A stretch of DNA of 11,057 nucleotides from Octopus sinensis (lineage: Eukaryota), in NCBI RefSeq assembly GCF_006345805.1, contig NW_021827117.1, forward strand, positions 1-11,057. Reading direction: 5' to 3'. Both the position numbers and the translations under genes were made by a program. This document shows, one piece after another, positions 1 through 8,530 of this stretch (the first letter of the stretch is position 1; each line of letters starts with the position of its first letter). The notes beneath the pieces were generated by a model. That model saw nothing but the letters and a program-made list of their open reading frames with translations, had not been told where the DNA came from and searched no databases.

Positions 1-55
<55 letters not shown>

Positions 56-74
56 GAGAGAGAGAAAGGGAGAG
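1..74. repeat. (AG)n microsatellite
   Basis: Near-perfect AG dinucleotide run, with two AAAGGGAGAG variant units at its end. Confidence 0.97.
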
Positions 75-359
75 CTATGGTTTGCTTGATGAAATACAAT
101 ATAGCAATGATTGGCCTCTATGTCTGAAGGAAATTTCAGTCTTGAAACTATCATATTGTTGTCGACAGAGGTGGTAGTGTAACTAACAAGTTCATTTCGA
201 AAATACGTTGATTTGGTTTCGACTCCATAACGTGGAATTTGGACATTGAGACTGGAAACTGAAACTGCATCAGACAAGTCTTCACAATCTCAGAGAGTCC
301 AAATATCCACTTTGGCACAAACGCACACACACACACACACACGTATGTTCCATCAAATG

Positions 360-667
360 CAGTGCTTCTCAACTGGGGTCCATATAGGATTTTTGTGGCT
401 CAACGTAACAAAATAGTAAGGTAGGGTTAATATATTTTAAGGGCTCATGAAAATACCATTTTGTTGTATGTATTTGTACGTATTGTAAGAAACAGCTAGG
501 TTTCTTTCTCTAACATTTTACATAGGCCAGCCTACGAAAAGCAAAATAGAAATTTTATAAGAAGTTCCTATAAAACTACTTTTTAAAAATTGAATAGCCA
601 TGGGGACCCACCAGAATAAAAAGTAATCAGCAGAGACATAAATAAAAAAAATAGTTGAGAAACCTTA
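360..667. mobile_element. Non-autonomous hAT (Charlie/MER5-like) MITE, copy 1
   Basis: Left end CAGTGCTTCTCAA (360-372) and degenerate right end TTGAGAAACCTTA (655-667), 9/13 complementary. The body aligns by eye with 7280-7596 and 8044-8244 (shared AAGAAACAGCT.GG, CTATAAAA.TA.TTTTT, ATGGGGA..CACCAGAATAAA). CAGTGGTTCTCAA-type termini are characteristic of hAT-Charlie elements. Confidence 0.75.
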
Positions 668-964
668 ACCTTAATGTGTAGTTTGTATTCTCAACCTGGA
701 CCACAAACACTCGACTCATCTAACTTCCTAGAGGTCTTTAGCATCCAGTTTCTCTGGAAAAAGGTTTTTTTAGCAAACTAAGCAGGTAGAATCAGATATA
801 TAGATATATCCTCCGTAGAATCAATATCAGCAGTGATGAATTTATACGATACAGACATACATTGCAAGAGGACTTGAGTATGTAGGGAGTACGTATCGCT
901 TATGTCCATTGTGGAATACGAGATAAAAATGAGGAAAGTGTACATCACACACGCACACACCGCT

Positions 965-1038
965 TATATACATACATACATACATACATACATACCATGC
1001 ATACATACATACATACATACATACATACACATACACAC
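965..1038. repeat. (ATAC)n tetranucleotide microsatellite
   Basis: Direct reading of the sequence. Confidence 0.95.
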
Positions 1039-1109
1039 AAGTAGCGTTCCAAACAACCACTAAGATGAAACGTAGGTTGGAACAAATACGATAAGCTTAT
1101 GGTTATCGT

Positions 1110-1157
1110 AACCCGGAACCATGCCGTTGGGAAGGAAGCCTCATATCACACAGCCAC
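1110..1157 (-). mobile_element. tRNA-derived SINE 5' head fragment, same family as 6665-7070
   Basis: The reverse complement of 1110-1123 (CATGGTTCCGGGTT) is identical to 6680-6693. It continues upstream as GTGGCTGTGTGATATGAG, an A-box-like segment, and breaks off within the B box. Confidence 0.65.
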
Positions 1158-1159
1158 AT

Positions 1160-1340
1160 GTACGTATGTATGTATGTATGTATGTATGTATGTATGTATG
1201 TATGTATGTATGTATGTATGTATGTATGTGTGTGTATATGTATGTGTGTATGTATGTATGTATGTATGTATGTATGTATGTATGTATGTATGTATGTATG
1301 TATGTATGTATGTATGTACGTACGTACGTACGTACGTGTA
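1160..1340. repeat. (TATG)n microsatellite grading into (TACG)n
   Basis: Direct reading. It accounts for the MYVC/HTYI ORFs in the track. Confidence 0.97.
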
Positions 1341-1454
1341 CATGCATATAGATATTACTTAGGACGATTTAATTGGTAAAACCGTAAGAAAAACCAAATT
1401 TGTTTGCTGTGTCGTTGCTCTGTCTGGCATTCATTTTCGCGCTGTACGCGCACG

Positions 1455-1508
1455 CGTGCCTGTGTGTGTGTCTGTGTGTAACTATAGGTGTTCCTTCTCA
1501 TCTCTTCT

Positions 1509-1540
<32 letters not shown>

Positions 1541-1725
1541 TATGTGTAGAGTTCAACTCTAAGTGTATATATACGTGTCTCTGTGTGTGTGTCTGTGTAT
1601 AGTTTTGAATGTGTGTGTGTGTACATGTGTATTTATGTGTGTGCGTACAACTACACACCCATATATGTACACATACATTTGAGTATAAATATATATATCC
1701 ATATATATATATTATAATATATATA

Positions 1726-1798
<73 letters not shown>
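1455..1798. repeat. Mixed (TG)n/(TA)n microsatellite region
   Basis: TG runs at about 1460-1640, TA runs at 1508-1535 and about 1684-1798. Confidence 0.9.
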
Positions 1799-1803
<5 letters not shown>

Positions 1804-1804
1804 A

Positions 1805-1926
1805 TCTATCAATCAATCAGTCATATGTATGTATGTATGTATGTATCTATCTATCTATCTAGCCATCTATCTACCTACCTGTCTGACTATCTACTTGTCT
1901 ACCTACATACCTACTTACCTACCTAC

Positions 1927-1991
<65 letters not shown>

Positions 1992-2037
1992 CGTCCATCC
2001 ATACATCCATCCATCCATCCATCCATCCATCCATCCA
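1805..2037. repeat. Compound tetranucleotide array (TATG, TATC, TACC, TGTC, TCCG, TCCA blocks)
   Basis: Successive blocks of different 4-mer units in a continuous 4-nt period. Confidence 0.93.
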
Positions 2038-2241
2038 TAAATTAATATAAACAGTGTACGCAATGTGTTACCATAAAGAAAAACATAATTGTCATTAAAT
2101 ATGACTAAGGGTGTCAAGACACCTACATTGCTAGAAATAAGAGGTAAAATGATCTAATGCTGTAGGAAAAGAATATTAATGTATACATATTACGCTCAGA
2201 GGAGCTGCAATCACTCGAAAACACAGAGACACACGCACACA

Positions 2242-2255
2242 CATAGATAGGTAGG

Positions 2256-2307
<52 letters not shown>
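2242..2307. repeat. (GATA)n microsatellite
   Basis: Direct reading of the sequence. Confidence 0.96.
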
Positions 2308-2308
<1 letters not shown>

Positions 2309-2450
2309 TTGTGTGTGCGTGCATGTGTATATCAGTGTGTTTATGGAATTACGAGTGTGTGTGTGTGTACGTGTCCGTTAGAATCAGCCTGACATTCTAC
2401 TAGTTATAAAAAAAGGAAGGAAGAGCCGGCTGATTACTTTCGCTGTTAGC

Positions 2451-2556
2451 ACCACCTCCCACCTCCCAACTCCCACTTACCACCACCACCACCTACACCA
2501 CCACCTACACCACCACCTACACCACCACAACCCACACCACCTACTCCTCCTCCTCA
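2451..2556. repeat. C-rich (CAC)n low-complexity tract with a 12-bp unit (ACCACCACCTAC) repeated about 3 times
   Basis: Direct reading of the sequence. Confidence 0.85.
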
Positions 2557-2654
2557 CTTATAACAAGACAGTTGTCGTACTTTAGTCGGCTGGCAATGGT
2601 TTCCTGGGTTAGACTGCTGCATGGGTGGATAATCAGTACTATGTCACGTTTACG

Positions 2655-3052
2655 TAACACATACACACATACACGTATGTACACTCACACTGACTCATAT
2701 ATATATATATACACCCATACATTTATATATACAAATATATATACACATATATACAAATATCATATACATATATAGACATATATATATATATTACATATAT
2801 ATTCATATATACATATAGACATATATATATATACATATATACATATATACATATATAATATATATATAGTATATACATATATATACATATATATATATAC
2901 TATATATACATATATATATATATATAATATATATATTATATATAATATATATATTATATACACATATATTATTTATATACATATATATATTTATATAACG
3001 TACATTATAATGGTGTATATACATATACAACACACATACACATGTATTTATG

Positions 3053-3084
<32 letters not shown>

Positions 3085-3086
3085 TT
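2655..3086. repeat. Degenerate (TA)n/(CA)n low-complexity region
   Basis: Direct reading. It accounts for the YI-rich ORFs. Confidence 0.93.
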
Positions 3087-3176
3087 AAAATAAAAACCTT
3101 GCTAGCTGCCACCCTCACTTCGGGCATCCAAAAGGTGATGAATGATATAAAGAACCAACCACTTCCTCTATAACCA

Positions 3177-3320
3177 CTTCCTCTCTCTCTGTAACTGTCT
3201 TTGTTTCTCTCTCTGTCCGTCTGTCTGTCTGTCTGTCTCTCCCTCCTCCTTTTACCTTCTCTCTCTCTCTCTCGTCCTTTTACCTTCTCTCTCTCTCTCT
3301 CTCTCTCCCTCTCCCTCTTT
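3177..3320. repeat. (CT)n/(GTCT)n pyrimidine tract with an internal ~27-bp duplication
   Basis: TCCTTTTACCTTCTCTCTC... occurs at 3247 and again at 3275. Confidence 0.9.
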
Positions 3321-3344
3321 CCCCAGTGATTGTAGCCCTATTTG

Positions 3345-4060
3345 TCTCTTGCCCTTGAGAACTTCAACGAAGCAATGCTGTTAACCTTCACATCAGGAAA
3401 ACCCTTCAGCCATGTCTGGGTTACAAAATCCTCCCTGGTCTTTTTCATTTCTGTCTCCTCATCATCTTGGTTTGTATCATAAGATTCCGATCAAGATCTA
3501 TTTTCTGTTGCAGGATGTAGAGACAAGACGCCCTCGCTTAACCCCATTCCTTCAACTTTACTGCACTTCTGGATTTGTTTTACATCTTATATCATCAAAA
3601 CACCCTTTATGTTCATCAATGACCTTCTTGGTGCTATTTGTAACCACACCTACTGCTATGAAGAGGAAGCTGCACTTGACGCCTTTTTAACCTTTTCCAC
3701 ATTCAGTGCCTTCTTAAGGTCACGTCTATGCAATCGAGACACCTTTCGCCATTGATAGTTCTGCTTACGTGAACAAAGATCGTGGAAAGATGCTCAACTA
3801 GGAACATGACAGAAAACTGCTGAAATATCATGAATGATTATGTGACTGGTTAAGGAGGTAACTGCAGTGTTGTAGCTCGAAATGCTAGAAACAAGAACGA
3901 AATGCCTGGAATCATGATATGGAGTTTTTAAAGACAATAACAAATGGAAAAAAACACATCGTGTATTGTATTTAGGAGGGTATATTATGCCTATATATAC
4001 AAGACATGACTGTGTGGTCACGGATAGAATGCCTTTGAAACAGGGCCAAATTCGTGGTGG
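3345..4060 (+). mobile_element. Degenerate CR1-clade LINE fragment: RT core, then a probable 3' portion
   Basis: Manual translation with frameshifts gives collinear motifs: AVNLHIRKT/FSHVW (3377-3419, like AVALDISKAFDRVW), RSISV, GFVL (like GSVL of GVPQGSVL), FINDLL (3612-3629), YEE at the YADD position (3657-3665), and IDSSAYVNKDRG (like LNSDL..ISDWG). Beyond ~3825 the assignment is weaker: either further ORF2 or a retroposon 3' UTR recognised from memory. Confidence 0.68.
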
Positions 4061-4166
4061 TAGTGTTAGTGGTGGTGATATGGAAAAAAGGTGTTCTTTA
4101 TGCAAGAATAGATATGGTCAAAGAGTTGTTTGGTTCGGAGAGCGGTGGACGAAAACAGATGTTGGG

Positions 4167-4168
<2 letters not shown>

Positions 4169-4207
<39 letters not shown>

Positions 4208-4213
4208 TGTGAC

Positions 4214-4250
<37 letters not shown>

Positions 4251-4256
4251 GAGAGA
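4169..4256. repeat. (GA)n microsatellite
   Basis: Direct reading of the sequence. Confidence 0.96.
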
Positions 4257-4514
4257 AGCGGAGTGAAGGGGGACTTTCGGGCAGAATAATTGAAATATAA
4301 TGTTGTTGAGTGGCGCCATCTAGATATGCACAAGCATCACAGATCGGGAAAACGTTTGAATAAAAATTATAAACGTGTTAACAAGGAGAAATAAGGGTTG
4401 AGATATTAGAAGGAGATTATATATAGGGTTTAGGATTTTAAAGAAGTGGGGAATATTCAGAGGATCTAGTTATAGTTTAGGGCATCTGGATTTGCGTAGA
4501 GGTTATCGGTGTGT

Positions 4515-5200
4515 TGTGGGATCATAATAACCCCTTGTCAGGTGATTGGTGATGTGGTTATGTTGCTTGCTACGAAGAGAAATCCCCTTTGGGTACTCAA
4601 GGGCCAGATTGGGGTGTTAAACAGGGCGACGTGATTTACCTATCACAAAATAGGGCGGTGATCAACTATGCCACACATAAGAGGAATACAATTGTTGAAT
4701 GGGAGCCCACAGTCAAGCGACATGATAATTGTTCTCATGGCTTCTGCTCCTAAAAGATTGGAAGTGTTAACATGCACATGTTCTGTCTTGGTATAAAAGA
4801 TGGGCTACAGCAAATATTTTGATCAAATACCACAGACCTGCTTGTCAATTGCTTGACCGTAACCACTTGAGCATAAACCTTAGTGGCTGACGATATGCGC
4901 ATCTCCATCTCTGATCATGAGTAGGAGTAACGGGGGAGCATCATAGCGATGTGTTGAAAAGGGTTCTTTCACGTTTGAATAATTAATCTCTGGAAACATG
5001 CGTGTTTCGTTCACCATCATTGAACAACCCTTATTCAGGGAACGTTTGAGCGGGATGTGCTACTCAACCCGAATAAAATTCTAACTGGGTAGTGATGTAT
5101 GTGCCTGGTGAACCTTTATCAGAGGGGTAGTTATGATGGGTGTATTGGGTTTCGAATATTTGTACCCCAGCGTCATTTTGATGGTGTATACTGTTCTCTC
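4515..5200 (+). mobile_element. Degenerate Ty3/Gypsy LTR-retrotransposon pol (RT) fragment
   Basis: Collinear motifs across frameshifts and stops: GII..P.S.DW (4518-4549), LNRA (4617-4628), MPHI..LLNGS (4668-4706), VNMH/LGIK (4766-4798), QQIFDQI (4808-4829), ADDM (4886-4897), VLKRVLSRL (4951-4977), CVF (4999-5007), YSGNV (5032-5046), NPNKI (5066-5080), FVP (5159-5167). Order and spacing fit Gypsy RT. No LTR seen. Confidence 0.6.
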
Positions 5201-5204
5201 ACGC

Positions 5205-5414
5205 AATAATGATAATCGTTTCTACTAAAGGCATTTTAGGGGAAGGACGAGACAATTACACCGAACCCAGTGTTTCAGCGGCACTTAATTTATCGACCCC
5301 GAAAGGATGAAAGGGAAAGTCGACCTTGGCGGAAATTGAATTCAGAATGTAAGTACGGACGAAATGCCGCGAAATATTTTGTCCGACTTGCTAACCATTC
5401 TGCCAACTCCCTGC

Positions 5415-5415
<1 letters not shown>
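5205..5415 (-). mobile_element. Full-length tRNA-derived SINE (octopus-type) with short ATT tail
   Basis: The minus strand reads AGCAGGGAGTTGGCAGAATGGTTAG (A-box-like) ... GAATTCAATTTCCGCC (B-box-like) ... TTTCATCCTTTCGGGGTCGATAAATTAAGT ... GTAGAAACGATTATCATTATT. Homologous to 5556-5790 and 9188-9260. Confidence 0.85.
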
Positions 5416-5501
<86 letters not shown>

Positions 5502-5557
5502 AATAATAATAATGATAATAATGATAATAATGATAACAACAACAACTACAATAATAA
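5416..5557. repeat. (AAT)n/(GAT)n/(AAC)n trinucleotide array, the probable expanded tail of the SINE at 5556-5790
   Basis: On the minus strand it directly follows GTAGAAAGG, the same terminus seen in the SINE at 5205-5415. It explains the poly-N and poly-I ORFs. Confidence 0.92.
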
Positions 5558-5790
5558 TCCTTTCTACTCTCAGCACAAATCCAGAAATTAGGGGGAAGAG
5601 GATGAGTCGATTATATCGGCTCTTCCCCAGTACGTGACTGGTACTTATTTTATGGACTCTCGATAAGGATGAAAAAAAAAAAAAAGAAAGCAAAGTCCAC
5701 CTCGGCGAAACTTGAATCAGAAATAAAAGACAGCTGAAAAATGCTGCCAAAGCATTATCTACTAGCAACAAAAATCCTAGCTGACTGACA
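5556..5790 (-). mobile_element. Older tRNA-derived SINE of the same family, with an internal poly(A) expansion
   Basis: GTACTTATTTTATGGACTCTCGATAAGGATGAAA...GCAAAGTCCACCTCGGCGAAACTTGAATCAGAA aligns with 5281-5347. The head is degenerate. Confidence 0.75.
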
Positions 5791-5969
5791 GCGCTGTTAA
5801 GTAGCAATCGAGGAAGAACCCGGCCACTTTGATAATATATAGCGTTCATATATGCTGTCTACGTGATAACAATCACATGCACAGCAGTTCAACACATTGT
5901 TATATTGTTTTTACTTTCCTTTTCACAAATAATTCGGCTTATTTAATCAGACAACCTTTAAATGTATTT

Positions 5970-5983
5970 TTTGCCATGGTAAC
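5970..5983. promoter_or_regulatory. Candidate RFX X-box
   Basis: TTTGCCATGGTAAC matches 13/14 of GTNRCCATGGYAAC and lies in non-repeat sequence. No linked gene is seen. Confidence 0.3.
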
Positions 5984-6044
5984 AGTGATGTGGTTTTTAT
6001 TCATTGGTACTTACACGTATACACTCTTTCTCCCACCCAGTGTG

Positions 6045-6047
6045 TAT

Positions 6048-6078
<31 letters not shown>

Positions 6079-6132
6079 CTATATATATATATATTATAAA
6101 ATATATATATAGATATATATATATATATATAT
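6045..6132. repeat. (TA)n microsatellite
   Basis: Direct reading of the sequence. Confidence 0.95.
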
Positions 6133-6334
6133 GAAAAACAGTCCAAAATAGAAATGCTAAGGATTTATAGTGAATCTTTCAGTACCGGTTTCGGTCATTT
6201 TGACAGACCCTTTCAACTTTAATGATTAAATAATTAAATTTAGAAAAATTAGAAGAAAAGTTTTTTTAAAAGAATATTTCTGTAGTATATTCAGATATAA
6301 GTAGCATTCTGCCTTTCTACTAACCCTTATACTA
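6133..6334 (-). mobile_element. Probable PLE terminal-repeat (pLTR) remnant within (TA)n
   Basis: A ~200-bp island between two TA tracts. The minus strand has a T-rich stretch followed by a hammerhead-like motif. The PLE link is inferred from the known association of minimal hammerheads with PLEs. Confidence 0.5.
6182..6217 (-). ncRNA. Hammerhead-like motif A (minimal type I, U3-A8 variant, degenerate)
   Basis: RNA: G-UUGAAAG-GGUC-UGUCAAAAU-GACC-GAAA-C-CG-GUA/C. Helix II is 4 bp with G10.1-C11.1, helix III is the palindrome ACCGGU, helix I is only 2 bp, and position 9 is G instead of A. Confidence 0.55.
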
Positions 6335-6516
6335 ATATATATATATATATCTATCTGTGTGTTCTGTGTGTGTGCGTTGTGTGTGTGTGGTATAATGTAT
6401 ATATATATATTATATATATATATATATATATTTGTGTGTGTGTGTTTCTATGTATATATATATTATATATATATATATATACTATATACATACATACACA
6501 CACACACCATATATAT

Positions 6517-6575
<59 letters not shown>

Positions 6576-6585
6576 CATATATATA
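6335..6585. repeat. Compound (TA)n/(TG)n/(CA)n microsatellite region
   Basis: Direct reading of the sequence. Confidence 0.94.
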
Positions 6586-6664
6586 GCAGCGCTTTTAGCA
6601 CTTCATTCATAATTTTCTTTTCTACTTTATTGTAATATATACCCATAATTCTTTATCATTTCAC

Positions 6665-6798
6665 TTTGCGTCCAAACCACATGGTTCCGGGTTCAGTCTC
6701 ATAGCATGGCACTTGGCAAGTGTCTTCTAGTACTGCCTCGGGTTGATCAAAGCCTTGTAAGTAGATTTGATAGATGGAAACAGAAAGAAACCCGTCAG

Positions 6799-6835
<37 letters not shown>

Positions 6836-7070
6836 TGTGGGTGTATGTTTTTGTGTCTGTGTTTGTCCCCCCACCACTGCTTGACAACCGGAGTTTGTGT
6901 GTTTACGTCCCCGTAATGTAGCTGTTCGGCCAAAAAGAGCGATGGAATAAGTTCCAGGCTTTAAAAAAAGTACTGAGCTCGATTCATTCGGCTAAAATTC
7001 TTCAAGGAAGTGCCCCAGCATGGACGCAGGCTAATGACTGAAACAAGTAAAAGATAAAAAACAAAAGATA
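6665..7070 (+). mobile_element. tRNA-derived SINE of a second family, with a CORE-like segment and internal (TA)n
   Basis: B-box-like GGGTTCAGTC (6689-6698), CORE-like CACTTGGCAAGTG, (TA)n at 6800-6832, and 3' end GTGCCCCAGCATGG...GACTGAAACAAGTAAAAGA. The 5' end is eroded. Confidence 0.85.
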
Positions 7071-7074
7071 TGTC

Positions 7075-7158
7075 TGTGTGCGCACGCGTGTGTACGTGCA
7101 TGTGTGTATATCTATGCACACACACACACACACACACACTCACACACACATGCACACT
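7075..7158. repeat. (TG)n/(CA)n microsatellite
   Basis: Direct reading of the sequence. Confidence 0.9.
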
Positions 7159-7279
7159 CATTGCATATATATTTGTATATCATGATCTAAAGACGAGACA
7201 ATATTGATTAACGGTAATCCGGCTCAATAATCCGGTGGTCACACACTCCGACTTATGGGAGTCATTTGAGCATCTAATG

Positions 7280-8244
7280 CAGTGGTTCTCAATGGGGTTC
7301 GATATGGCTGCTGAGCATCCATAAAAGATTTGGGGGTGGGGTCCGACGCAGGAAAATAGTAAATTGGGGATCCATAATAGTATTTTAAGTATCCCAGAAG
7401 AATTTTGCCTTTGATGTATGTATTGCAAGAAACAGCTGGGTCTCTTTCTTTAATGTTTTACATCGTTCAACATACACAAGTTAATGAGTGAAGAACAAAT
7501 TAGGAATTTTGGAAGAAAGCTTCTATAAAATTAGTTTTTGAACCTGAAATCGCTATGGGGATTCACCAGAATAAAGTAGTAATCAGAGAAATCCATGGAT
7601 CTTTTCGGTTTGACCGACAGTTTTTTCTAGCGGTGTCATATGAAATTGTAACCCATAATTATGACCCTAGTATCGATTTATTGCATTTCAATCTGTTTTA
7701 GGGCTAGGGTTGGGGGGGGGGAGGGGTATCTTTTTTCTTCACAAATGTAAATAAACCCAATCTGTTTCTTAAACGAGGGACATATTCATACGGCACAGAA
7801 TGTTTTTTACCTCAATAGACGTCAGTGATTGGTTGAAATTGCAGAAATTGAAGAAAAAACAACAACAAATATCTTACACTTAGAATTTTCTCTCAATAAA
7901 GCCAAGCGAAAAAGATGTTTTATAAACACATTCTACCAGTATACGAAGTTTAAAATTGTTTAGTTACCTAGAAATTATGTTAAAAACAGTCGTTCAAACC
8001 GAAAAGATCCGAGTCCATAAATATAAATGGTTGAGGACCCCTTTGTTTTTTTATGTATGTATTGGTATGTATTGCTAGGTTTCTTTTTCTTTCTCTAACA
8101 TTTTACAGAGTTCCACATTACACGAATTATTGTGAGAAAAACAAAATAGTAATTTTGGAAGAAAGTTTCTATAAAACTAGTTTCTAAATATCAAATGGCT
8201 ATGGGTGTTCACCGTAGATTTTAAAAAATGGATGAGAACCCCTG
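7280..8244. mobile_element. Composite hAT-type MITE: complete copy 7280-8043 (interrupted) plus a tandem partial 3' copy 8044-8244
   Basis: Left TIR CAGTGGTTCTCAA (7280-7292). Right TIR-like sequences at 8031-8043 and 8232-8244, the latter 11/13 complementary. Outer 8-mers ATCTAATG (7272-7279) and GTCTAACG (8245-8252) are 6/8 identical. The body is homologous to 360-667. Confidence 0.75.
7597..8010. mobile_element. 414-bp non-autonomous TIR DNA transposon nested in the hAT MITE
   Basis: 29-bp TIRs (7597-7625 and 7982-8010, GGATCTTTTCGGTTTGA...) are 27/29 complementary. Flanking 8-mers AAATCCAT and GAGTCCAT are 6/8 identical. Superfamily uncertain; GG termini with an 8-bp TSD would fit Merlin. 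Confidence 0.88.
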
Positions 8245-8279
8245 GTCTAACGATATGAACGTCAGGCTTTAATGCTAGC

Positions 8280-8530
8280 CGTGGTGACGGTGGTGATAAT
8301 AGAACAGCAGTAGTGGTGACGATGGTGGTGGTGCAGGTGGTGAAGGTCGTAATGGAGGTGATTACGGTAGGAGCGAGGGTGACATTAAAATTATGAAGGA
8401 GGAAATGCTTGATTTGACAGCCATAACGATGGTTGTAATGATGTTGACGACGATGATGATGATGACGGAGATAGCCTTAAATGCAAAGAAGAAGAAGAGG
8501 AAGAAGAAGAAGAGGGGGAGGAGAAAGAGA
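8280..8530. repeat. Purine-rich degenerate triplet repeats (GGT/GAT/GAA)
   Basis: Direct reading of the sequence. Confidence 0.8.

Noticed and set aside
80-320. Unique-looking sequence and ORF 151-372 as a possible exon
   Set aside because: No recognisable domain, it starts in a (TG)n repeat, and no convincing splice pair was found.
2451-2562. Proline-rich, extensin-like reading frame
   Set aside because: Low-complexity CAC repeat ending in a stop, with no start or splice support.
3966-4170. CSLC as a gag zinc knuckle in ORF 3966-4289
   Set aside because: The His and final Cys of CCHC are missing, and the region overlaps the LINE-like segment.
4790-5135. Helitron/PIF1 helicase-like motifs on the minus strand (RQ.PLR, GQ.IDK)
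   Set aside because: They needed many gaps. The plus-strand Gypsy RT reading gives more motifs with better spacing.
778-7161. Numerous 60-150 aa ORFs (MYVC, YIYI, THTH, SLSL, poly-N, poly-I)
   Set aside because: They are translations of microsatellites, with no coding signal.
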